From the NCBI GenBank assembly GCA_045587745.1, contig JAZNCU010000031.1:2330-66329 (forward strand): 64,000 bases of DNA. The letters run 5' to 3'. Positions 51,364-60,068 of the stretch are shown here, piece after piece (position 1 is the stretch's first letter; every line of letters begins with the position of its first letter). The stretch is from Eubacteriales bacterium (GTDB lineage: Bacteria; Bacillota; Clostridia; Oscillospirales; CAG-382). The notes beneath the pieces are model-generated. The model was not told the DNA's origin and did no database searches. It saw nothing but the letters and a program-made list of their open reading frames with translations. The position numbers and the translations under genes were made by a program.

Positions 51364-53667
51364 TTGAAAACCCTTTTTGCTGACAAAATACCCTCGCAGG
51401 TTTTGTCGTTTTTTGAATCCGAAAACGTCACGGGAAGCAGCGCGCTCATCTTCACGAGAAGTGACTTGAGCTCCGACGGTGTTTTTTGCGACTGCTTTGT
51501 TGCGCTCTATTCCGACAGGCTTGCCGTTGCGGAGGGCACGATATCTATTACCTCCTCCGGCAAAAAAACCACGGACGGAAAAAATGCACGCGAGGAAAAG
51601 TACACCGTATACCGCTACGAGGAATTTATGCTCGACGATTTTGACGAGCCAAAAGCGGAGCAGCTTATCTCTACGGGACGCTTTGTTGTAAACGCAGGCG
51701 GCGAGAGCAAGGAGCTGTTTCGGTTCTCCTCTACCTACAAGCACTCCGCAGGTCTGCTCTGCCGCGCTATAGGCGACCTTAAAAAGAACGGCTCGCTCAA
51801 CGAGAAGGAGTATGAGGACGAGAGCTTTGAAAAGCATTGCTGCCCCAAATGCGGACGCCGCTACCACGACAAGGAGCTTGCCGTCTGCCCCGGCTGCATG
51901 GACAAGGCAAAGCTCGTAAAGCGTCTGTCAAAGCTGTTTTTACGTTATCGCAAATGGATATTTGCGCTGATTTTGTCGTTTGCCGCCATTGCGGCTCTCG
52001 GTGTCGTCACTCCAAAGATAAGCAACGAGATGTTTTACGATGACGTGCTTGGAAATCCGGCATCGGTTGCTTCGGATATACTTAAAATCATACTTTTGAT
52101 AGTCGGTGTGCGTATTGCCGCACTGCTGGTCAACCTTATTTCGGGCGTGATCAGCGCATCTGTCTCGGCAAACGTCACCTACGATTTGAAAAAGACGATC
52201 TTCAACACGATAAGCGAGCTTTCGCTATCCTTCTTTACAAACCGCCAGACCGGCGGACTGATGACTCAGATCAACCACGACAGCCTTACGCTTTATTGGT
52301 TCTTCTGTGACGGATTCCCCTATTTCGTGCTGAATATAGTACAGCTCGTAACGATTATGATCGTTATGCTGTTTCTCAACCCCATCCTTGCACTCTACGC
52401 ATTTATTACAATTCCGCTGTTTTTCCTTGCGTTCAAGTTTATATTCAACGTGTTTGATAAGCTTCACGCAAAGAATTATTCCAAGCAGCGCTCATTCAAC
52501 TCGCTTGTCAGCGACGTTCTCAACGGAATGAGGGTGGTAAAATCCTTCTCCCGTGAGGACGAGGAGATGGACAGGTTCGATTCCCGTAACAAAGCCTCTG
52601 CCGAATCGAGATACGGCATTCAGAGCTTTGCCTCCAGAGTTTTCCCCTACCTGTTTTACGTGCTCAAGCTCGGCTCCTACGTCGTATGGGCTATTGGCGG
52701 CTGGCAGGTTATGAACGCAACGGGCGGTATGACCTACGGTATTCTGATGACCTTTATCGCCTACTTTTCGCTTATTTTCGGGCCTATCGAGCAGCTTGCC
52801 GACGTTGCAAACTGGTGGAGTGAAACGCTTAACGCCATTTCCCGTCTTTTTGAGATAACCGATGCAAAGCCCGAGGTGCGTGAGTCCGAACATCCCGTAA
52901 CCCCCGAGGAATGCAGGGGCGAGGTGGAGTTCAGGGGCGTATCCTTCAGCTACGTTGCAAACCGCAAGGTTATCGATGACGTGAGTTTTAGCATCCCTGC
53001 GGGAAGCACACTCGGAATAGTGGGACAGACGGGCGCAGGCAAGAGTACGCTCGCAAACCTGCTTACAAGACTCTATGACCCAAAAGAGGGCGGGATTTTT
53101 ATTGACGGCGTCAATATCAAGGAGCTTCCCTTTTCCTACCTGCGTGAGAATATCGCAATCGTTTCGCAGGAGACCTATCTTTTTAGGGGAAGCATCCTCG
53201 ACAACATCCGCTACGCCTGCCCCGATGCCACCTACGAGCAGGTGGTTGCCGCCGCAAAAACGGCGTCGGCTCACGACTTTATCATCAAATATCCCGATGG
53301 CTACGACACTATGATAGGATTTGGCTACAAAGAGCTTTCGGGCGGTGAAAAGCAAAGGGTTTCGATCGCAAGGGCTCTGCTCCGCAACCCGAAAATTCTT
53401 ATTCTCGACGAGGCAACGGCCGCCATGGACACCCAGACCGAGAGGAACATACAGCACGCTCTCGGACTGCTCACCAAGGACCGCACTACGGTTATTATCG
53501 CACACAGGCTCTCGACACTGCGTGATGCCGACAATCTTATTGCCATTGAGAACGGCAGGGTTGCCGAGTCGGGCACGGCGAGCGAGCTGATGCAAAAGAA
53601 GGGCGTTTACTACAAGCTTTACAAGCTTCAGGCCGAAGCGCTTAAAACCGTCGGCATTGCCGAATGA
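51364..53667 (+). CDS. ABC exporter half-transporter (TMD-NBD) with a zinc-ribbon-containing N-terminal extension of about 190 aa
   Basis: TTG start 9 nt after AGGAG. The N-domain ends in CCPKCGRRYHDKELAVCPGC. Six TM segments follow, then Walker A GQTGAGKST, LSGGEKQR, Walker B ILILDEATAAMD and H-loop IIAHRLST. Confidence 0.85.
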   Translation: MKTLFADKIPSQVLSFFESENVTGSSALIFTRSDLSSDGVFCDCFVALYSDRLAVAEGTISITSSGKKTTDGKNAREEKYTVYRYEEFMLDDFDEPKAEQLISTGRFVVNAGGESKELFRFSSTYKHSAGLLCRAIGDLKKNGSLNEKEYEDESFEKHCCPKCGRRYHDKELAVCPGCMDKAKLVKRLSKLFLRYRKWIFALILSFAAIAALGVVTPKISNEMFYDDVLGNPASVASDILKIILLIVGVRIAALLVNLISGVISASVSANVTYDLKKTIFNTISELSLSFFTNRQTGGLMTQINHDSLTLYWFFCDGFPYFVLNIVQLVTIMIVMLFLNPILALYAFITIPLFFLAFKFIFNVFDKLHAKNYSKQRSFNSLVSDVLNGMRVVKSFSREDEEMDRFDSRNKASAESRYGIQSFASRVFPYLFYVLKLGSYVVWAIGGWQVMNATGGMTYGILMTFIAYFSLIFGPIEQLADVANWWSETLNAISRLFEITDAKPEVRESEHPVTPEECRGEVEFRGVSFSYVANRKVIDDVSFSIPAGSTLGIVGQTGAGKSTLANLLTRLYDPKEGGIFIDGVNIKELPFSYLRENIAIVSQETYLFRGSILDNIRYACPDATYEQVVAAAKTASAHDFIIKYPDGYDTMIGFGYKELSGGEKQRVSIARALLRNPKILILDEATAAMDTQTERNIQHALGLLTKDRTTVIIAHRLSTLRDADNLIAIENGRVAESGTASELMQKKGVYYKLYKLQAEALKTVGIAE

Positions 53668-53678
53668 GGTAAATAGTT

Positions 53679-54239
53679 ATGAACAACAGTTTTCTTGATT
53701 TAGCAAAAATTACATATCTCACCCCCGAAAACGCCACCTTTTACAGGACGAAAAACGGATTTCCCGCACTGATAGCCGTCATTCCGAAAAAACGGGACGA
53801 CCTCGAGAGTGAGCAGGACAACACCCCCGTCGAGCAGGACCTCGGCAGAGTGTGGTTCCACAGGGCTTTTCCGTTTGAGACACCCAACGAGTATATTTCG
53901 GTGCTCGACAAGGACGGCAGGGAGCACGGGCTCATCCGTACTCTTGAGGGCTTTTCGGACGAGGCGAGGGATATCATTCTCGGCGAGCTTGACCGGAAAT
54001 ACCTTTGCCCCGTTATCTCAAAAATCCTTTCCCTCAAGGAAAAGCTGGGATATTCCTACTGGGAGGTTGAGACCGACTACGGAAAGCTTTCGTTTTCGAT
54101 GTACGATACCTACCGCAATATCGCACGTGTCGGCGGCGGCCTGCTGATAATACAGGACGTGGACGGAAACCGCTACCGCATTGACGATTACAACAAGCTC
54201 GACCGTAAGAGCTACAAGAAGATAGAGCTTTATCTCTGA
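53679..54239 (+). CDS. DUF1854-like small soluble protein
   Basis: 186 aa, wedged between the two ABC genes with 11-nt gaps. Both its position and its C-terminal half (YLCPVISKILSLKEKLGYSYWEVETDYGKLSFSM) match what I recall of the DUF1854 family. Confidence 0.6.
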   Translation: MNNSFLDLAKITYLTPENATFYRTKNGFPALIAVIPKKRDDLESEQDNTPVEQDLGRVWFHRAFPFETPNEYISVLDKDGREHGLIRTLEGFSDEARDIILGELDRKYLCPVISKILSLKEKLGYSYWEVETDYGKLSFSMYDTYRNIARVGGGLLIIQDVDGNRYRIDDYNKLDRKSYKKIELYL

Positions 54240-54250
54240 TAAGGAGCAAA

Positions 54251-56467
54251 ATGTCAGTAACAAAAACCCGTGCAGATACAGTATTTGCGTCCGAAAAAAG
54301 GCGGGCAGCCGAGCTTGCCGGACCCGATGCGTATACCTTTGCATACGACCTGTCTTATACCAATAAGACAGTCACAGGAGGTTGCGCCGTATACGACGGA
54401 AGGCTGTATATTGCACAAAATGGCGAGGAGGTTCGGGTTATCGATCTTACCTCGTTTGACGAAATTCGATTTATAAGCAACTGGGGCTGTGTGTCGATCG
54501 AGGCAACCGCAGACGGCGAGGACACCGAGCTGGTGCGTGCCGAAATGCGCCTTGCGACTCAGCTCCGTGCGGCGGCGCGCGTGCTCGATGCCGAGCGTGA
54601 GGGAAGGCGTTATACCCGTCCCTCGATACCCTGCTGTCCGATTTGCGGAAGGGCTTTTGAGAAGGGCCGTACCTCCTGCAGACACTGCACCAGCAAGGCA
54701 AAGCTTTTCGGACGGCTTGCACAGTATGCAAAGCCGCATATCGGAATGCTTTTGATTGCGTCGCTGTGCCTTGTTGCAGTTTCGGCTATCAACGTGACGC
54801 TTCCGATAATCAACAAAAATCTGATAAACAACTACATCGACGCAAGCCCCGTGCCGGAGGACAAATCGGGATTTTTCTGGCTGATTGCGGCAATGATATT
54901 CAGCGGTCTGATGATCGCGGTATTTACCATGCTCCGCAGGCTTTTGGTGGCGAAAACATCAAAATCCATCCTCACCACGATGCGTACCGAGGTATACGGA
55001 AAGATACAGGAGCTTTCGCTCACCGGTCTTTCACGAAGAAGCTCGGGAGAGCTGATAAAGCGTGTTTCCTCGGACACCGAGGAGCTGCGTGAGTTTATTA
55101 CCTGGCTGGTTCCCAACCTGTTGCAGCAGTTCCTCACTATGGGCGCAATCGGCATTATGCTGCTGGTGCTCAACTGGAAGCTGACGCTGCTCGTGCTGAT
55201 GCCCATTCCCCTGCTCGTGCTGATGTTCTACACTCTCAACAGCGTAACGAGAAAGCTGTATCACCGCCAGTGGCAGCTCGAGACCGATGCCGGCTCGCTG
55301 ATGCACGACGTATTTACGGGAATGCGGGTCGTAAAGACCTACGGCACCGAGAAGCGTGAGGAAAAGCGCTTTGACGATGCGGCAAAGCGGATTGCCGAGG
55401 TTTCGGTACGCAACGAGCGTATGTGGAATATGATGATTCCGTTTGCAAACTTCCTGCTCGGTGTGGGCGAGTACGTTATTTTGTACTTCCTCGGACGAGA
55501 GATAATAGGAGACCCGTCGTTTATCACCTCGGGAGTTGAGAATTTCGGACTCGGAGATCTTTCACAGTTCGTAACCTACGTGGTGATGATGTACGAGCCG
55601 ATACGCTGGCTTGCAATGCTTCCAAGACGTATATCCCGTGCAGTAACTGCTCTTTCCAAGGTGGTTGAGCTTTTGGACGAGAAGAACGATATGCCCGACC
55701 GGCTGCCCGATAACTTTAAGCTGAACGGCAATATCGAATTCAAAAACGCTTATTTCGGCTATGCCGATGCCGAATACGTGCTTAAGGACGTAAGTCTCAC
55801 CATCTCTACGGGCGAGATGGTCGGACTTGTAGGACGGAGCGGAGTAGGAAAAACCACTGCCGCAAACCTTCTGCTGAGGCTGTACGACCTGTCGGAGGGC
55901 GAGTTGCTCGTTGACGGCAGGAACGTAAAGGAGCTTTCGCAGGCGGAATACCGCTCGCAGATAGGCGTGGTGCTTCAGGAAACGTTTTTGTTCAACGGAA
56001 CGATTTTCAGCAACCTTGCCTACGCAAAGCCGGGTGCCACCCGTGAGGAGGTCATCCGTGCCGCAAAGCTTGCCAACGCACACGAATTTATAATGAAGCA
56101 GCCCGACGGCTACAACACCTACGTAGGCGACAAGGGAAGCACCCTCTCGGGCGGCGAACGGCAGAGGATTGCGATTGCGAGAGCTATCCTGCGTGATCCC
56201 AAGCTGCTCATTCTCGACGAGGCGACGAGCTCGCTCGATACCGAGACCGAGAAGCAGATACAGGATGCCATTTCGCTTCTTGCCGGCGGAAGAACGACCG
56301 TTGCGATAGCGCACAGGCTCTCGACCCTGCGTAACGCAACAAAGATCGCCGTGTTTGAAAAAGGCATGATAGAAGAGATCGGCACCCACGACGAGCTTAT
56401 GCGCTCCGAAGGACGGTACTACCGTCTGGTTATGGCGCAGAGGCAGGTCAACCGAATGAAACACTGA
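54251..56467 (+). CDS. ABC exporter half-transporter (TMD-NBD) with a zinc-ribbon-containing N-terminal extension of about 165 aa
   Basis: The N-domain ends in CCPICGRAFEKGRTSCRHC. Six TM segments follow, then Walker A GRSGVGKTT, LSGGERQR, Walker B LLILDEATSSLD and H-loop AIAHRLST. Confidence 0.85.
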   Translation: MSVTKTRADTVFASEKRRAAELAGPDAYTFAYDLSYTNKTVTGGCAVYDGRLYIAQNGEEVRVIDLTSFDEIRFISNWGCVSIEATADGEDTELVRAEMRLATQLRAAARVLDAEREGRRYTRPSIPCCPICGRAFEKGRTSCRHCTSKAKLFGRLAQYAKPHIGMLLIASLCLVAVSAINVTLPIINKNLINNYIDASPVPEDKSGFFWLIAAMIFSGLMIAVFTMLRRLLVAKTSKSILTTMRTEVYGKIQELSLTGLSRRSSGELIKRVSSDTEELREFITWLVPNLLQQFLTMGAIGIMLLVLNWKLTLLVLMPIPLLVLMFYTLNSVTRKLYHRQWQLETDAGSLMHDVFTGMRVVKTYGTEKREEKRFDDAAKRIAEVSVRNERMWNMMIPFANFLLGVGEYVILYFLGREIIGDPSFITSGVENFGLGDLSQFVTYVVMMYEPIRWLAMLPRRISRAVTALSKVVELLDEKNDMPDRLPDNFKLNGNIEFKNAYFGYADAEYVLKDVSLTISTGEMVGLVGRSGVGKTTAANLLLRLYDLSEGELLVDGRNVKELSQAEYRSQIGVVLQETFLFNGTIFSNLAYAKPGATREEVIRAAKLANAHEFIMKQPDGYNTYVGDKGSTLSGGERQRIAIARAILRDPKLLILDEATSSLDTETEKQIQDAISLLAGGRTTVAIAHRLSTLRNATKIAVFEKGMIEEIGTHDELMRSEGRYYRLVMAQRQVNRMKH

Positions 56468-56494
56468 TAAAAAACCGCATTGACGGAGGAAAAT

Positions 56495-57901
56495 ATGAAA
56501 AACACCGAAAAAACAATGGAAAAAATAGTTGCTCTTTGCAAGGGCAGAGGTTATATTTTTGCAGGAAGCGAGATCTACGGCGGTCTTGCAAACACCTGGG
56601 ATTACGGCCCTCTCGGCGTAGAGCTTAAAAACAACATCAAGCGTGCCTGGTGGAAAAAGTTCGTGCAGGAGAACCCCTACAACGTAGGTCTTGACTCGGC
56701 TATCCTTATGAACCCCCGCACCTGGGTTGCATCGGGACACCTCGGCGGATTCTCGGATCCCCTTATGGATTGCCGTGAGTGCAAGGAGAGATTCCGTGCC
56801 GACAAGCTGATCGAGGATTGGTGCGCCGAGAACGGACACACTCTCGAAAAGCCCATCGACGCATTCTCCAACGAGGAGCTCAAGGCTTTTGTTGAGGAAA
56901 AGAACATCCCCTGCCCCACCTGCGGAAAGCACAATTTTACCGATATCCGTCAGTTTAACCTTATGTTCAAGACCTTCCAGGGCGTTACCGAGGATGCAAA
57001 GAACACCGTTTACCTCCGCCCCGAGACGGCACAGGGAATTTTTGTCAACTTCGCATCGGTACAGCGTACCACCCGCAAAAAGCTCCCCTTCGGTATAGGT
57101 CAGATCGGAAAATCCTTCCGTAACGAGATCACTCCCGGCAACTTTATTTTCCGTGTGCGCGAGTTTGAGCAGATGGAGCTTGAGTTCTTCTGCAAGCCCG
57201 GCACCGACCTTGAGTGGTTTGACTATTGGCGCTCTTTTTGCCGTGATTGGCTCCTTGCGCTCGGTATAAAGGAGGAAAATCTCCGTCTGCGTGACCACGA
57301 TCCCGACGAGCTTTGCTTCTATTCCAAGGCGACCACCGATTTTGAGTTCCTCTTCCCGTTTGGTTGGGGCGAGCTCTGGGGCGTTGCCGACAGAACCGAT
57401 TACGACCTTACTCAGCATATAAACGAGTCTGGCGCAGACCTTTCCTACTTTGATCCCGAGACAAACGAGCGCTACGTGCCCTACGTTATCGAGCCCTCGC
57501 TCGGCGTAGAGAGATCGGTTCTCGCCGTACTTTGCGATGCGTATGACGAGCAGGAGCTCGGAACCGAGGAGAAGAGCGACGTACGCACCGTGCTTCACCT
57601 CCATCCCGCACTCGCTCCCTTTAAGGCGGCTGTGCTTCCCCTTTCCAAAAAGCTCTCGGCACCCGCACTCGAGCTCACCGCCGAGCTGAGCAAGGACTTT
57701 ATGGTGGATTACGATGAGGCAGGCTCGATAGGCAAGCGTTATCGCCGTGAGGACGAGATAGGCACACCCTATTGTATCACCTACGACTTTGATTCCGAGA
57801 CCGACGGCTGTGTTACCGTGCGTGACCGTGATACCATGGAGCAGGTTCGCATTCCCATTTCCGAGGTAAAGGCTTATATTAACGAGAAAATCAAATTTTA
57901 A
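56495..57901 (+). CDS. glyQS: glycine--tRNA ligase (alpha2 dimeric GlyQS type)
   Basis: [72 protein letters not shown] and the C-terminal anticodon-binding domain. The ATG at 56495 follows GGAGGAAAAT. Confidence 0.95.
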   Translation: MKNTEKTMEKIVALCKGRGYIFAGSEIYGGLANTWDYGPLGVELKNNIKRAWWKKFVQENPYNVGLDSAILMNPRTWVASGHLGGFSDPLMDCRECKERFRADKLIEDWCAENGHTLEKPIDAFSNEELKAFVEEKNIPCPTCGKHNFTDIRQFNLMFKTFQGVTEDAKNTVYLRPETAQGIFVNFASVQRTTRKKLPFGIGQIGKSFRNEITPGNFIFRVREFEQMELEFFCKPGTDLEWFDYWRSFCRDWLLALGIKEENLRLRDHDPDELCFYSKATTDFEFLFPFGWGELWGVADRTDYDLTQHINESGADLSYFDPETNERYVPYVIEPSLGVERSVLAVLCDAYDEQELGTEEKSDVRTVLHLHPALAPFKAAVLPLSKKLSAPALELTAELSKDFMVDYDEAGSIGKRYRREDEIGTPYCITYDFDSETDGCVTVRDRDTMEQVRIPISEVKAYINEKIKF

Positions 57902-57942
57902 TCGACACGGCTACCCTAAAAAAACATTTTTGAGAGGACAGT

Positions 57943-58806
57943 ATGGAAAACAACCATAACGTTCTTGAGCTCATCAGCGAACGCCTTTCCCGATGCTCAA
58001 AGGGACAAAAGAAAATAGGAGAATATCTGCTTGGCAGCTATGCCACCGCACAGTATATGACGGCGGCAAAGCTTTCGGACACGGTTGGTGTTTCGGAATC
58101 GACGATAGTACGCTATGCCGTGGATCTCGGCTTTGACGGCTATCCCGAGCTTCAGTCGGCGCTCAAATACGCCGCAAGAAGTAAGCTCACCTCGGTGGAG
58201 AGGATGAAGCTTGCTGCCCTCAACCCCGATACCGACGTGCTCGGAAACTCATTAAAGAGCGATATCGATGCAATCAAAAAAACTCTCGCAACCACCGACA
58301 ATGCGGCTTTTGAGAGCTTTGTTGATTCCCTGATGAGGGCAGAACGTATCTATCTTGTCGGCGCAAGAAGCTCGGCAAGTCTTGCGATCTTTCTGAATTT
58401 TTATCTCTCCATTCTGTTCGATAACGTGCATCTCGTGCATACGGTTATCGGAAGCGAGGCGTTTGATCAGATGTTCAGGGTGGGAAGCCGTGACGTTGTG
58501 CTCGGCATATCCTTCCCCAGATATTCCAGGCTCACGGTGGACGTTCTTGATTTTTCAAAAAAAGCAGGTGCGACCGTGCTTGCGCTGACCGACAGTATCC
58601 ACAGCCCTCTGGCAGGGATTGCCGATATTACGCTTTTTGCAAATAACGAAAGCGATATGTTTGTCGATTCGCTGGTCGCTCCCCTCTCGCTTATCAACGC
58701 AGTGATTGCCGAGATAGCGCAAAAGGACCCTGAGCGTGCAAACGAGCGTTTTGGCATACTCGAACACATTTGGGACAAGAACGATGTCTACGACAAGGAC
58801 CTTTGA
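57943..58806 (+). CDS. MurR/RpiR-family transcriptional regulator (HTH + SIS domain)
   Basis: N-terminal HTH_6 pattern (S.GQKKIGEYLL......M.AAKLSD.VGVSESTIVRYA..LGFDGY.EL) followed by a SIS domain (IYLVGARSSASLA). Confidence 0.85.
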   Translation: MENNHNVLELISERLSRCSKGQKKIGEYLLGSYATAQYMTAAKLSDTVGVSESTIVRYAVDLGFDGYPELQSALKYAARSKLTSVERMKLAALNPDTDVLGNSLKSDIDAIKKTLATTDNAAFESFVDSLMRAERIYLVGARSSASLAIFLNFYLSILFDNVHLVHTVIGSEAFDQMFRVGSRDVVLGISFPRYSRLTVDVLDFSKKAGATVLALTDSIHSPLAGIADITLFANNESDMFVDSLVAPLSLINAVIAEIAQKDPERANERFGILEHIWDKNDVYDKDL

Positions 58807-60013
58807 CGTAATAACGGTAGGCGGCGGCCCCGCAGGAATGATTGCCTCGATCGAGGCAGCAAAGCGAGGACTGTCGGTACTGCTGTGCGAAAAGAACGGC
58901 AGATGCGGAAAAAAGCTGAACATCACGGGCAAGGGCAGATGCAATATTACCAACCTTTGCTCCCGTGAGGAGTTTTTGGAAAACGTGCTGTCAAACAGCC
59001 GATTTATGTACGCTCCGCTGAGCGCCCTCTCTCCCGAGGACACGGTTGAATATTTTGAGTCGCTCGGCGTAAAAACAAAGCAGGAGCGCGGAAAAAGAAT
59101 ATTTCCCGTCAGCGACAGGGCTTCCGACGTTACCGATGCGCTTGTAAACGAATGCCGCAGGCTCGGAGTGAGCTTCCGCTCGGGTAAGGTTACAAAAATA
59201 CTTGCCGAAAACGGCTCCTGCACGGGAGTTGAATGCGGAGGCGAGGTGATTTTTTCCGATTCGGTAATAATCGCCACCGGAGGCGCATCCTACCCGAGGA
59301 CGGGATCGGACGGCAACGGCTATCGGCTTGCCGCACAGCTCGGTCATTCGATAGTGACACCCGAGGGCTCGCTCGTGCCTCTCATTTCAAACGATAGTCT
59401 CTGCCCCGAATGTATGGGGCTTTCGCTCAAAAATGTTGGCGTTACGCTTGTTGACGGAAAGGGCAAGACGGTGTTTTGCGATCAGGGCGAGATGCTGTTT
59501 ACGCATTTCGGTCTCTCGGGCCCTCTCGTCCTTTCGGCATCGGCATACGTCCGCAGTGCGGCGCCCTACAAGATCGTTATCGACCTCAAGCCGGCGCTTG
59601 ACCTCCAAACGCTGGACAAAAGGCTTGTGCGTGATTTTTCGGAGAACAGCAACCGTGATCTCAAAAACGGATTTTCGCAGCTGTTGCCGTCAAAACTGAT
59701 CGCTCCCTTTGTCAAAAAGCTGGGCATCCCGCCCGAAACAAAGCTCCATTCGCTCAAAAAGGAGCAGAGGCTGGGAATAGCAAAGCTGCTAAAAGCACTC
59801 ACCGTTGATATTACGGGAAAACGCCCTATTGAGGAAGCAATAGTCACCTCGGGCGGAGTTGATTGCAGGGAGGTCAGCCCAAAGACAATGGAATCAAAGC
59901 TGGTACGGGGTGTCTATTTTGCAGGAGAGATTCTTGACATCGACGCTTATACGGGCGGCTTTAACCTCCAGATAGCGTTCTCGACCGGCTTTGTTGCGGG
60001 CAGAAGCTGTTAA
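58784..60013 (+). CDS. BaiN/HI0933-like FAD-dependent flavoprotein
   Basis: FDVITVGGGPAGMIASIEAAKRG..VLL.EKN...GKKL.ITGKGRCN.TN, and the C-terminal GVYFAGEILDIDAYTGGFNLQIAFSTG. The start at 58784 overlaps the rpiR-like gene by 23 nt. Confidence 0.8.
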   Translation: MSTTRTFDVITVGGGPAGMIASIEAAKRGLSVLLCEKNGRCGKKLNITGKGRCNITNLCSREEFLENVLSNSRFMYAPLSALSPEDTVEYFESLGVKTKQERGKRIFPVSDRASDVTDALVNECRRLGVSFRSGKVTKILAENGSCTGVECGGEVIFSDSVIIATGGASYPRTGSDGNGYRLAAQLGHSIVTPEGSLVPLISNDSLCPECMGLSLKNVGVTLVDGKGKTVFCDQGEMLFTHFGLSGPLVLSASAYVRSAAPYKIVIDLKPALDLQTLDKRLVRDFSENSNRDLKNGFSQLLPSKLIAPFVKKLGIPPETKLHSLKKEQRLGIAKLLKALTVDITGKRPIEEAIVTSGGVDCREVSPKTMESKLVRGVYFAGEILDIDAYTGGFNLQIAFSTGFVAGRSC

Positions 60014-60026
60014 ACATATAAAAAAT

Positions 60027-60059
60027 GCGCCTACACGCAAATTTTGTGCGTATAGGCGC
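60027..60059. terminator. bidirectional intrinsic terminator
   Basis: 13-bp stem GCGCCTACACGCA / TGCGTATAGGCGC (one mismatch). AAAAAAT lies upstream and TTTTGATTTTT downstream, between convergent genes. Confidence 0.7.
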
Positions 60060-60068
60060 TTTTGATTT

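Noticed and set aside
56468-56494. T-box leader expected upstream of glyQS
   Set aside because: Only 27 nt are available. They contain no specifier or antiterminator structures. The absence is reported as a finding instead.
55562-57604. 680-aa ORF on the minus strand
   Set aside because: It is antisense to, and spans the junction of, the second ABC gene and glyQS, both of which have unmistakable motifs. A real gene would not cross two unrelated genes in antisense. No motifs are present.
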